Of a stretch of 64,000 nucleotides of DNA, positions 25,307 to 37,875 are shown piece after piece (positions within the stretch are counted from its first letter, which is position 1; each line of letters starts with the position of its first letter). The translations under genes were made by a program, and so were the position numbers. Origin of the DNA: Lama guanicoe (taxonomy: Eukaryota); the NCBI GenBank assembly GCA_013239625.1, contig MU054187.1:24678433-24742432 (forward strand), given 5' to 3'. The notes under the pieces are model-generated. The model saw only the letters and a program-made list of their open reading frames with translations, did no database searches and was not told the DNA's origin.

Positions 25307-26494
25307 GTAAGTTACTGCATTTTATCTCTTAAAATTCCTTTTACGATTCTCACTACTTTTATAATTGTACAGTTACATAGCACACATTCTTAGGATTGTG
25401 TTGAAAAATATTCTTAGGTTGCTTGATGTGTTAAAATAACTAATAAGCAAATTTTTGGAGAGAGTAATTGGTTTATCTGATACTAGATTCTGTGTTAGAA
25501 TGCAACAGGGTTTCATTGGAAGACTGATATTACTGTATTATTTTAAAATATGGTGTTATCTGTTGTGTTAACTGTATGAAACTGTCATGATAATGACATG
25601 ACTAATATTATTAGAGACCTGTACAGAGCATTCTGTGTACATTATTGAATTATGCCTTACAGCCCCGGTGGTGTAGGATACGGGCAGACAGGGACGCTCA
25701 GAAGCGGAGTGGCTTGTGCAAGTTGATAGTCAGCGCTCCATTGTAATGAACATTATAGTAACCTGCAGTTGTGTTTATAATAATTTAGCCATCACAGTAC
25801 TATTAATATCTTCATACCACCTCAATAGATAGGCACAGAAGATATTAAAAATTAAGTTATTAGAAACCTAATCACTTCAGAACTATATATTTGTCATGAT
25901 TTTGTTCTGTTGCATGTGCTTAATTACCTGTCGTGCGTATCTCCCCTGTAATATTCAAACTCATAAAGTTGGGCAAGTGCTATGTGTGAAACCAAACCCA
26001 GGGAAGGAATTACGGGACATAATGTCCCGCGATGGCGTACAGCTGCCTTTGGTTCTCTGACAGCCTGTTTCAGCGTTACCGGGAAGGAGAGGAAGGTCCT
26101 GGCTCTGTCTCGGCATATGGGAGACGCAGTCAAGAAGGGAGAGAAGGGAAGCAGGGTCCTTCTATGCCAGACTCCCCTCAAGGGCAGCTGGTGGCTTTCG
26201 TGGTAGTTCTCACCAGGACACCTGAGATCAAACCTCGTGTTCCGTGTCCCACTATGTCCAACCCTGGTTTTCCACCCTGCGTGTCGTGCAGTAAGTGAAG
26301 GAAGCCTGTCTGATTGTTCTAGTTGAGCTTTGGGAGGGTCAGAATAGGAAAAGCTACCTTCATCGGAACCTCCCCACCTCACTTCCCCCAAAGCAATATT
26401 TTTCTGTTTTGCCTCAGCTCGCCAGTGAGTAGCTTGACCTCAGGCTTCTAGGGCCGTGCCTGCTGGCTTGAGCTTACATGAAGGGCTGACTTCC

Positions 26495-26972
26495 GTAACA
26501 TGTCGGTGGCTTTAACACAAACCAGTGGCTTTAACAACATCAATTTATTATCTATTTCTGTTGCATAGGACAGGAGTCCAACACGGTCTTGCAGGGCTAA
26601 AGTCAAGGTACCAGCAGGGCTGCATTCCTTTTGGAGGCTCCAGGGTAGAGTACTCCCTTGCTTTTCCTGTAGCTAGAGGCCACTAGCACTCCTGGGCTCC
26701 TGGACCCCGACTGCGTCTGCAAAGCTAGCAGTATTGTTTCTCTTTTAACCTTCTTCCATAGTTAAGTTTCCTCCTCAGCACAGCTGGGAAAGGTTCTCTG
26801 TTTTTAAAGTCTTAGCAGATTAGATTGGGCCCACGTAGGTAATCCGGGGCACTCTGCCCATCTCAGGGTCCTCCATCACATCTGCTGAGTCCTTTTTCTG
26901 TGTAAGGTAACACCTTCAGGTCCTTGGGCTTAGGATGGGGAAATCTTTGGGAGCTGGGGAGCATTCTGCCTT
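26495..26972. mobile_element. MLT1-family MaLR LTR
   Basis: gggctaaagtcaaggtaccagcagggctgcattccttttggaggctccaggg...tagattgggccc...aatcc. Confidence 0.75.
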
Positions 26973-27089
26973 CGTGTGTATTTCTGTATGAACTGCTTGT
27001 TTTTATTCTTTCACAGTTGTCTGTTGAGTGTTACTTCTTTTTGATCCTTTGTCTCAGTTCTTAACTCCCACTGTTTTTCTTACATTTTT

Positions 27090-29490
27090 TATATTTATTC
27101 TAATAGACTATTTTTTTAAGCAGTTTAAGTCTATAGGAAAATTAAGTGGAAAGTGCAGAGTTCTCCTATATTCCCTTTCTTCTCCCTCCCATCTCCCATT
27201 TACCCCTTTTATGAACACTTGCATTAATATGGTACATTTTTTACAACTGGTGAACCACTGCTTTTACATTACTACTAACTAAAGTCTGTAGTTGAGGCTT
27301 CCCTCTTTGGGTTGCGCAGTTCTGTGGGCTTTGCTGTCTGTGTAATGTCACGTGTTACAACATCATGTAGAGTAATTTCACTGCTTAAAAACTTCCTGTG
27401 TTCCACCTGTTCATGCTTTCCCTCAACCATCAACTCTTCGTAACCACTGATCTTTTTTTTTACTGTCTCTCTAGTTTTACCTTTGCTAGAATGTCATACA
27501 TGTGGAATCCCAGTATGTAGCCTTTTCAGACTGGCTTCTTTGGCTTAGCAGTCTGCAGTTAAGATCCCTCTCTGTCTTTTCATGGCTTGATAGCTCATTT
27601 TATTTTTTAATCACTGAACCCTGTTGCATTGTATGAATGTTTCACAGTTTCTCCATTTGCTTACAGAAGCACATCTTGGTTGCTTCCAACGTTTGATAAT
27701 TGTGAGTAAAGTTGCTGTAAACGTTCGCGTGCAGAGTTTTGCATGGCTGGCTGTTAAGTTTTCAGCCCATTTGGGTAAATACCTACGAGTGTGATTGCTG
27801 GATCCTGTGGCAAGACTATGTTCAGCTTTGTAAGAAACTGTCAAATTGCCTTCCCCAGTGGCTGTATCATTTTGCATTCCCGGCAGCCATGTGAATGAAA
27901 GTTCCTGTTGCTCCACATCCTTGCAAGCACTTGGTATTGTCTGTTTTGAATTGTAGCCATTCTGCTAGGTGTGTAATGGTTTTACACATTGTTTTAATTT
28001 GCAGTTCTGTAATGATACACAGTGTTGAGAATTTATATGCTTACATCCCATCTCTGTACCTTGAGGTACAGATCTTTCGCCTACTTTTTAATTGATTGTG
28101 TTGGTAGTTTTCTTATGGTTGAGGTTCTAAGAGTTTTGTGTATATGTTAGAGACAAGTACTTTATCAAATACTTACTTTTGCAAATATTTCCTCCCAGTC
28201 TTCTCTTTTCATTTTCCTAACGGTGTCTTTTGCAGAGCAGAAATTTAAATTTTAATAAAGTCTTGCATGTTAGTTTCCCTTCAATGGGTCCTGCTTTTGG
28301 TGTTTTATCTAAACACTCCTTATCAAACCCAGTGTCACCTAGATTTTCTGCTGTGTTATCTTCTAGAAGTTTTATAATTTACTGTCTTATATTTAGGTCT
28401 GTGACCTGTTTTTAGTTAATGTTTGTAAAGATAATTAGGTCAGTGTCTTGATTCATGTTTTTGCATGTGGATGTCCAGCTGTTCTGGTACAGTTTGTTGA
28501 GAAGATTACCCTTTCTCCATTGCATTGCCTTTGCCCTCATGTCAAAAGTAAATTGACCGTGTGTGTTGAGGATCTGTCTCTTGGCTCTCTGTTCTGTTCC
28601 ACTGACTAGTCTATTCTTTCTTCGTTTCCACGCTGTCTTGTTGACTGTAGTTTTATAGTAAGACGTGAAGTTGGGTGATAGCAGTTCTGACTTTGTTCTT
28701 CAATATTATGTTGACAGTTCTGGATCTTTCACCTTTCCATTGAAACTTTGGAATCAGTTTACCAGTATATTATCCACAAAATAACTTGCTGGGATTTTGA
28801 GTGCATCACATCTGTAGGTCAAGTTGGGAAAAACCGACATCTTAACAATATTGAGTCATTTTGTCCATGAATATGGAATATCTTTCCATCAATTAGATTT
28901 TCTTTGATTTCTTTCATTGGAGTTTTCTGGTTTTCCTTATGTATATCTTATATGTATTTTGCTAAATTTATACCCAGGTATTTTGTTTCACAAATACAAT
29001 CAGTGTTGTGTAATTTCAGATTTCACTTGTCACTGCTGGTATATAGGAAAGTAATTGACTTGTATATATTAGCGTTGTATCCTTCAACCTTGCTGCTATA
29101 CTTGCTTGTTAATTCTAGGAGCTTTCTGGTCACTTTGGGATTTTCTATGTAGACAGGCATGGCGTTCACAAAGACAGTTTTATTTCTTCTTTCCCAAGTT
29201 GTATACATTTTGTTTCCTTTTCTGGTCTTCCTGCATTAGTTAGGACTTTTATCGTGGTGTGTGTTGAGTAGGAATGGTGAGATGAGACATCCTTATCTTG
29301 TTCTTGATCACGTGGGGAAGAAACCTATTTTCTCACTAAGTGTGATGTTAGCTGTAGGGTTTTTGTAGATACTCTTTATCAAGTTGAGAAAGTTCCCCTC
29401 TGCTTGTTGTTTGCTGAGAATTTTACATGAATAGGTGTTAGATTTTGTCAAGTGCTTTTTCTGTGTCTGTTGGTATTACAATTTTTCTTT
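27090..29490 (-). mobile_element. Old L1 (L1MB/MC-like), ORF2 3' part plus 3' UTR
   Basis: Antisense ORF2 peptide YIENPKVTRKLLELTSKYSSKVEGYNANIYKSITFLYT. Confidence 0.9.
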
Positions 29491-30599
29491 AGTTTGTCTC
29501 TTGCTTTTTTATTCAAGGAAATTAGCTCTTTGTCTCAGATCTTAACACCCACTGTTTGCCATTTTAAAAAAATTCTGATGTTAAATGGTTTCTTTTTCAT
29601 TCTGCCTTTTGAGTTTTGTGTTATATTTTAAGGCTTCCTACTCCAGCGTTATAAGTAGAAATATTACCCTCTTTCCTAATATTCTTATGATTTTAACTCG
29701 TATTTACATCTTTAAGCTTATTTTATTTGGGGCAAAATATTAGGCAAGCAACAGGGTTTTTTCCTGATGGCTAGGAATTGTCCCAGGTGGATTAAATTTT
29801 TGGTACATGGCAATAGAGAAGTGGCACTCCAGACTAAAGGAGCTATGGAAATCAAAAGTAGTTCAAGAAGGTTCAACAAAAAATAAAATCCAGTCTGGCT
29901 TTAGGTAGAACATACAGAAATACAGGAAGATAGTTACTAGAAGATGGGACTTGAAATATGGTTGAGACCAAACATGGAGAACACTGGATAGTCAGAAACA
30001 GCAATTAAGGGCTTCAACATAGAGTGGGAGGACTTTGTTACCAAAACTCATTTGAACGTAGAATGTGAAATGATCTTTGAGTGGGTGAAACTTGAAGAGG
30101 AACAGGAAGAGATTTTTATCCTCCAAATCAGAAAATAGGAGTGAGAATAGCAGAGACCACTGAATGGATGTAGGTGACCAAAACAGGGCTAGAACCAAAA
30201 ACTAACAAGCTTAGGGCTTTGCTGGTATGTATTGTGCCACGAGGAGGAGTGAGGTTTAAAGGAGAGGGCGCCGAAACAGAGGAGTTCATGCAGCTGCTTG
30301 TGAACACACTGTGATCCCGTTATTAGTGGGTCAGTCAGGTGGAGCGAAGAGGCAGTGTCTGAAAATGTGGGGTGTATTTTTGGGGTAAGAGGTCAGCCTA
30401 GAAATCTGATTTTGAGGGCCAGTCACATAGAGGCTTGAAGCTTCAAAAGAAAACAGGAGAGCAGACAAAAATTTTCTCTTATGAATACTTGGTTTTAAGA
30501 GTTTAGAGAAGGAACAGTTGATGTAGAAAAGCCATCTGTGAAACAGAAAAATGAGCATTAAGACACACAATACACCTCTCTCCCCCTTTTTTTAAATAG

Positions 30600-30736
30600 G
30601 AAATGGACCCTCAGGAATCTGCCTTTCTTATATGCTTTCGGGTTACAGACCATATTTATCATCAGAAGCAATACATCCAAATGCAATCTTACACGGTAAA
30701 TTAGAAGAAGCAAGACAGCTTTCCATTGTTGATCAG
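30600..30736 (+). CDS. OSGIN2: OSGIN2 coding exon 3 (GNGPSGICLSYMLSGYRPYLSSEAIHPNAILHGKLEEARQLSIVDQ)
   Basis: TAG acceptor and CAG|GTATTA donor. 137 nt. Completes the GxGxxG Rossmann motif. Confidence 0.95.
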
Positions 30737-31257
30737 GTATTATTTTTTACGTGCTAGTCCATTTTTTTTTTTAATCCTGAGACAAGATTAGTTTACTATA
30801 TGAGCATTGTGTTTCTTAGCTGAAAATCCTTTCTTCTGAATAACTTTCTAACATTTTAATTTTAGATTTATAAATATATTCTGCTGAGTTACGTCATCTT
30901 TTTCTGAATTAATTAGAGCAAAATTTCCCAAATTATTTCCTTGTGGAGTTTAATAGATGCTCTGTGCTCAGATAAATTTGGAAAGTGATGCTTTTCATCA
31001 TTAAAGTGTCATGGTATATTAGCATATGAAAGGCATCAAGTTTTGTAGTAAAATGATTTGATTAGCTTTGTTGAAACCCAATCTTCTTCCTGTTTATTTG
31101 ACCCAAGAATCTGTTAAGACCTAAAGGAACTTCAGTGTTGTGAAGCACACTATCTGGGAAATACTGGTTAGATTAATAGCCTTCGCTGTTACTGTGTTAG
31201 CTGGTTTTTTTTGTTTGTTTTTTCCAAATCCTGTTTTTTGTTTTTTAATTCATTCAG

Positions 31258-31449
31258 GACTTGGAATATTTGTCTGAGGGCCTTGAGGGTCGATCCTCCA
31301 ATCCCGTTGCTGTGCTTTTTGACACACTTCTTCATCCAGATGCTGACTTTGGGTATGATTATCCATCCGTTTTGCATTGGAAATTAGAACAACATCATTA
31401 TATCCCTCACTTAGTCCTCGGTAAAGGTCCACCTGGTGGAGCGTGGCAT
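31258..31449 (+). CDS. OSGIN2: OSGIN2 coding exon 4 (DLEYLSEGLEGRSSNPVAVLFDTLLHPDAD...GKGPPGGAWH)
   Basis: CAG acceptor and CAT|GTGAGT donor. 192 nt. Confidence 0.95.
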
Positions 31450-31828
31450 GTGAGTACATTTTTCTTATCATTTTAGTGGATGTGAATTATATGTCATCTT
31501 GATAAGACCATTTTGGTTCTTAAATATTATGATATACTACTGTATATGATGATTACCACATTTTTATCTGATAATTTAATATGTTCAGTTAAATATGGGT
31601 TAATTACTAGTAGAAATTAAGCCAGCCACATTTTATTACTGTCTTAGAAGAAGCGTTTCTCTAAGAATTATATAGAAAATATTTCGAGAATGTTTTGCGT
31701 AGTAGAAATGTTTTAATCCATTTGATTTTAGAGTTTACAAAATTTCACACAGTATTTCATATCAATATCCATCATTTCCCTCCATTTTCAAGATCTTAAA
31801 TGAAAAATGTATTGTGAAAGAAATAAAC

Positions 31829-32176
31829 TGTATTAGTCCGCTTGGGCTGCTGTAACAAAATACCATAGACCGAGTGGCTTACACAGGAGATTCATAGTTT
31901 GAAGGCCATGGGATCCGAGGTCAGTGTGCCAGCCAGTTCATTGTGCGGTGATGGCTCTTTTTCTAGCTTGTAGGTAGCTGCTTTCTGGCATGTCCTCATG
32001 TGGCAGAGGGAGTATGAACTCTCTTCTTAAAAAGCCACTGGTCCTGCTGTGAGGGCACCACCCTGATGGCCTCGTCCAGCCCTAATTACATTCCACAGGC
32101 TCATCTCCAGATACATCGCAGTCAGGTTAGGCTTCAGCACATGGATTTTGGAGGTGACACAATCTAGTCCACAGCA
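31829..32176. mobile_element. MLT1A-like MaLR LTR
   Basis: tgtattagtccgcttgggctgctgtaacaaaataccatagac...gacacaatctagtccacagca. Confidence 0.8.
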
Positions 32177-32866
32177 GAGGTTGAACCATAGAACTGATAG
32201 CATCAAGATTCAGTGTATTTCATTAGGGGACAGTGGCTAATAATTATTCTTAGCAGTTAGTACAGTGTCTAGTGTGTAGTGGGTGCTCATTTGTTGTACA
32301 AATAAATGTTAAATAAGTTTTGCTGTTACAAAGTACAGACTTCCGGGGAATTTTAACATTAAATATCAAATCTTCAGTGTCAGCTTCATTTAGATAGTCC
32401 TATATTAGAGCAATGTTATATGGCTAAAAATTGTTTACATTTAATTCATCAGATGACTTTCAGAGTATTTGGGGACTTCAGAGATTAAATACATCATTGA
32501 CTCTTTCGTTAATCTTAATTACTTTTTTGGTACTGGGTAGCAGCTACCAGATTATCTTGCCTTTTAACCTAGGTTTGTATTTGCTCTATTCATGAGTAGC
32601 ATTCTTAATAAAACTGCATTTCTTGAAAAAGCCGTAGTATATTTTTTAAGGTTTTAGATTACCTCCTCTAAATTCCTGAGGTACTTAATATATTTTCTGC
32701 TTAGAAAACTGTGCAGGCAATGACTGATCTCTGCGTTACTTTATTTCTTTCACTTATATATAATAAAGTTAAAGTATGGATAAGCCTTGATTACTAACAA
32801 TATATTTAAATCAAATATGTTCATAATATATTTGAATATATATTTTGAATGTATGAAAATATATTT

Positions 32867-32931
32867 GAATCCAAGATCAAATATAAAATTATAAAATATA
32901 CAACTATAAAATTATATTTGATCTTGGATTC
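32867..32931. repeat. Perfect 20-bp inverted repeat with a 25-nt spacer
   Basis: GAATCCAAGATCAAATATAA (32867-32886) and TTATATTTGATCTTGGATTC (32912-32931). Confidence 0.95.
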
Positions 32932-33204
32932 CCCAGCCTTCAGGTAAAGCTGAAATAAGCCTAAAACCTGGCTCTGAGCCCAGTACCAGGCCCAGCCTGC
33001 CCCGGGTGGCAGCTTGCTGCGTTTCCTTCCTGTGGTGGTCTTCTGCTGTCACAAATTACTAATAGATGTTATAAGCTGTAGCACATAGTAAGTGCTCTGT
33101 TAGATGATAATAATAATAATAACTACAATAATAATACCATCCCCAATACTGGGCTGTATAAAAACAGGACAGGAAGAGTTCAGATTTTAAAAAGCTGTAG
33201 CCTA

Positions 33205-33585
33205 GCTACAGAAACAATAAAAAGATCGTGGTTTCCAGGGGGTTGGGAAGAGGGTGGGAGGGGAGAGATGAATAGATGGAGCACAAGGGAATTTTAGGGC
33301 AATGAAATTATTCTGTATGATACTGTCATTGTGCATTTGTCAAAGCCCATAAAAGGCACAACATCAAGAGTGAACCCTAATGTAAACTTTGGACTTTGGT
33401 TGATAATAATGTGTCCATGTTGGTTCATCATTTGTACCAAGTATGCCCCACTGATGAGGGATGCTGAGGGCAGGGGAGTGTATACGTGTGGGTGGGGAGG
33501 GCGATGTGCGAACTCTGTATTTTTTGCTCAATTCTGCTGTGAACCTGAAACTGCTCTTAAAAAAAGTCTATTAAAAAAAAAAACA
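33205..33585 (+). mobile_element. L1MC-like 3' end with A-tail
   Basis: agagtgaaccctaatgtaaactttggactttgg...ctgtgaacctgaaactgctcttaaaaaaagtctattaaaaaaaaaaa. Confidence 0.85.
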
Positions 33586-34284
33586 TAGCCTTAATGAATT
33601 GGTTGAAAGGAACGACTGAGGTCAGTGGGAAAGGTGCGTTTGGCCCGTGAGCTTCCCTTATTTTTCTTGCTGAGCAAAGCAGAAGCAGACAGGCTTGAAG
33701 GACTCATTTCCTTAAAGGCAGCTTTAGCCTCAGCAGTGAGTGAGTATGTTCTTAAGCAACCACTATTCATTTCTCTAGTTTTAAAAAGAGACGCCTGCTG
33801 TATTCAGCCAAGCTCACAGTTATAATTGATGGAGGTGGGGGAAAGCTGTTTTGCTGCCCATTAAGAAACCTCTGTTAATGTTAAAATGGAAAGACATTTA
33901 GGGTGTTAGAAATTAATGAATTTTTCCCCTTTTGTTTATAATGTGAAAATACTAATTTGTTCCTCTGACATGATATTCTGCATCCAATTATGCTGATTAC
34001 AGGCCAAAGCTATCAACATTGTTTAGGCATCAGGTAGCATTGTAAATCTGATTTATAAATGTATAATTATATGAAAGAAGGAATACAGGTACTACCAGTT
34101 ATTGAAATATTTGAATGTTCATTGGAATAAAGTTCCAGAGGTAATTCACACAACCATTTAGGACTTCTTTAAGCCCTCCTTATCCAGACTTAATTATAGG
34201 AAATGAGATGAGTTTGGTTAAAAAAAAATCCATGTTACTGATTAATTGTGTTTTTTGATTGTACATTTTTTTTTATTCAAATAG

Positions 34285-34376
34285 AATATGGAAGGCTCCA
34301 TGTTGACAATCAGCTTTGGAAACTGGATGGAGCTCCCTGGTCTTAAATTTAAAGATTGGGTGTCTAGCAAACGAAG
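34285..34376 (+). CDS. OSGIN2: OSGIN2 coding exon 5 (NMEGSMLTISFGNWMELPGLKFKDWVSSKR-R)
   Basis: TAG acceptor and AG|GTAAAG donor. 92 nt. Confidence 0.95.
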
Positions 34377-35502
34377 GTAAAGATCAAACTATTAAAAATT
34401 TTGGTATTCAGTGGGAAAGAGTCTGTTGGCAAATCTCAAAATATTTTTAGATGAGTATCCATGTATGTGTCTTTCAAAGAAAACCTCTCTGCTATACTGA
34501 TTATGAGCTAGTTTCTATTAAGAGATGTTATAAAACTAAGCACACAGAGGTAAGGGCTTGTCTGCAGATTGTTAATCATAGTTTTACCTCATTCTCCATT
34601 AAACCACTCTTTGTTTAATTACTTTCTTATACACCCACATATCCTTTCCACAATTATTTACTTATTTTTATGGATATATAACTTCATGCATGCATATCTC
34701 ATGTATACATACTTAAAAATATTTGGCTTTTCAGAGTAGAAAAGTGTATATGATGAATAATTTGGAATGATAGAATGAAATAGAGTCTGATGTGACTGGC
34801 TACTTGACTGTAGAGGTAAATATTTAATAGGAATATGAAATATGAGACTAGAAACTATGAAAATCTCAACTTTCAAGAATAAGTTTATTTTTTATTTTTA
34901 TTTATCTGGGAGAAAGAATCAAAAATTTAAAAAAATAAGAAAAGCTATCATTTTCAAGACTAGTAAATATTAAATTAGGAATTACTAACAGAGAGTCTGC
35001 TGTAATTTACTCACAGAAACAATACATTAAAGCAGGAAGTGACTCAGCCTTTGTTAGAACAGGGCTGCAACATTTGGGTGCTTCAGTTCCTGCTAGATAG
35101 AAACCAAGTTAATCTACAGTAATTATCCTTAACTTGAAAGATTTAAGGAAAGCAAATTTAGGCCAGCATGGGTAACTGAGATTAAACCTTTCAAATACTA
35201 CTTTCGGGGGTTTTTTTAAAAAGGAATTTTCTAGGGGTCTGAAATGTAAAGTTGCAAAATCAGGGAATTTGTGTAAGTTCTTGATTTTTGTGAGAAAGTG
35301 AAATTGCTCAACATACTTCCGTCTGTGATGTGGGTGAGGGAAAGCTTTGTGTTTACACACAAGTGTGCATCCTACTAAGCTGAGCACATTATGTATTTAT
35401 ATAATACGTGAAAATGAATCTTACGATAAGTATTAGCTTTAGTTCCTGTCTTTGTATAGTGTTAAGAGAAAACTACTCAACCTCTACACATTAGCAGGGT
35501 TT

Positions 35503-36872
35503 TTTTGGTTTGTTTTTAATTTTTTTTTTAATTGAAGTATAGTTGATACACAGTATTCTGTAAGTGACAGGTGTAGAATATAGTGACTCACAATTTTCAA
35601 AGGTTATATTGCATTTATACTTACGCTGAAATATTGGCTATGTTTCCTATGTTTTACCGTATATCCTTGTGGCTTATTTTACATATAACAGTTTCTATCT
35701 CTTAATCTCCTTCCTCTGCATTGTTCCTCCCCCACCCCTCTCCCCACTGGGAACCACTAGTTTATTCTCTGTATCTGTGAATCTACTTTTTTTGTTGTCA
35801 TTATATTTACTAATTTGTTGTGTTTTTTAGATTCCACATGTAAGTCATAGCATGCATTAGTTGTCTTTTTCTGTTTGAATTATTTCACTTAGCATGGTAT
35901 TCTCCGAGTCAATCTATGTTGTTGAAAAAGGCAAATTTTTCATTCTTTATGGCTGAGTAGTATTCCATTATATAGATATATAAAAATATTTATACACATC
36001 TTTAGACATTCATCTGTTGATGGACACTTGGACTGCTTCCATATCTTTTTGGCAATTGTAAATAATGCTGCTGTGAACATTGGGGTGCATGTATCTTTTT
36101 TTTAACATTTTTTATTGATTTATAATCATTTTACAATGTTGTGTCAAATTCCAGTGTTCAGCACAATTTTTCAGTCATTCATGGACATATACACACTCAT
36201 TGTCACATTTTTTTCTCTGTGATTTATCATAACATTTTGTGTATATTTCCCTGTGCTATACAGTGTAATCTTGTTTATTGCATGTATCTTTTTGAATTAG
36301 TGTTTTTGGGTTTTGGGGATATATACCCAAGAGTGGAATTGCTGGGTCATATGGTAGTTCTACTTTGTTTTTTGAGAAACCTCCATTGTTTTCAGCAGTG
36401 GCTGCACCAGTTTACATTCCCACCAACAGTGTACACGAGTTCTCTTTTCTCCACATCCTCGCCAACATTTGTTATTTGTGTTCTTTTTGATGATGGCCAT
36501 TCCTACAGGTGTGAGGCGGTATCTCATTATGGTTTTGATTTGGGTTTCCCTGATTATCAACGTTGAGCATCTTTTTATGTGCCTATTTGGCCTATTGCAT
36601 GTCCTCTTTGGAAAAATGTCTGTTCAGATTTTCCTGCCCACTTTTTAATCAGGCTATTTTTTTACTTTAATGTTGAGTTGTGTGCTCTGTTTATATATTT
36701 AGGATGTTAACCCCTCGTTGGTCATATCATTTGCAGATATTTTCTTCTGTTCATTAGGTTGTCTTTCTGTTTGTTGATGGTTTTCTTTGCTGTGCAGAAG
36801 CTTTTAAGGTTAATTAGGTCCCATTTGTTTATTTTTGCTTTTATTTCCTTTGCTTTAGGAAACAGATCCAAG
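35503..36872 (-). mobile_element. 5'-truncated L1 inserted in a MIR, with a 13-bp TSD
   Basis: TSD attagcagggttt (35490-35502) and attggcagggttt (36873-36885). ORF2 peptide [38 protein letters not shown]. Confidence 0.9.
36101..36278 (-). mobile_element. Young 178-bp L1 3' tail nested in an L1, with a perfect 15-bp TSD
   Basis: TGCATGTATCTTTTT at 36086-36100 and 36279-36293. Confidence 0.9.
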
Positions 36873-37431
36873 ATTGGCAGGGTTTGAATCCTGACTCTTT
36901 AACTTCTAATGCTGTGGCCATGGTCAAATAACTTAAACTAATGATTTCCTAGTTTACAAAATGGAAATAATTAATAGTAACTATTTATGTAGGGTTTCTG
37001 TAAAAATTGAGAGTGCATTCTATATCTTCATTATTATAGTCATTAAGCCTTAAAAGGAAAATTTTTATGAACTTCTTCCAGTTACAAATTACAGTGAATT
37101 ATGTGAAATGATTTAGGGTTTTTACTGCAACTTACCTCTAATTGGGGCAGTGCTTGAGCATACTAATGCCCATTGCTTTAAAGTTCAAATGGAAAATAAA
37201 AGTTGTATTACTGTACTTTTTTCATAAAGAATACATTTACAGATCTCTTTATGAGTAGGAAGAGAGAGAGAGAAATGTTACTTAAGCGTAAGAGGATTTT
37301 GTTCAGAAGACTGATCTGAATTATTTTTAGTCATTAGGAAAATACAAAGCAACTTACTAAAACTAGTGTCTAGATGTTGTCTTTAAGAATTACATGTTAC
37401 AGTTATATCTGTAATATCTGTAATGATTAAA

Positions 37432-37840
37432 GAATGGAAGGACCTAGAGATTGTCATACTAAGTGAAGTAATCCAGAAAGAGAAAGATACCATCTGATAC
37501 CACTTATATGTGGAATCTAAAAAAAAAAAAAAAGAACTTATTTACAAAACAGAAACAGACTCACAGACATAGAAAACAAACTTAAGGTTACCAGGAGAAA
37601 AAGTCGGGGAGGGGATAGAGAGAGAAAGTGGAAGTTCTGGATTTGTAGATACTAACTGCTAAATAGATAAACAACAATGTTCCTGCCGTACAGCACAGGG
37701 AACTACATTCAATACCTTGTAATGGCCTATAAGAAAAAGAATATGAAAAGAAGTATCTGTATGTATACCTGAATCATCATGCTGTACACCAGAAATTAAC
37801 ACAACACTGTAAACCAACTAGATGTCAATAAAATAAATAA
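37432..37840 (+). mobile_element. Sense L1 3' end in OSGIN2 intron 5
   Basis: ggacctagagattgtcatactaagtgaagta...tgtggaatctaaaa...gctgtacaccagaaattaacacaacactgtaa...aataaa. Confidence 0.9.
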
Positions 37841-37875
37841 TTATCCTCAGAACATTTTTCCTTTTCCTTTTATAG

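Noticed and set aside
25924..26391. 155-aa antisense ORF and overlapping short ORFs in intron 2
   Set aside because: The start is non-ATG (TTG), and there is no recognisable domain or splice support.
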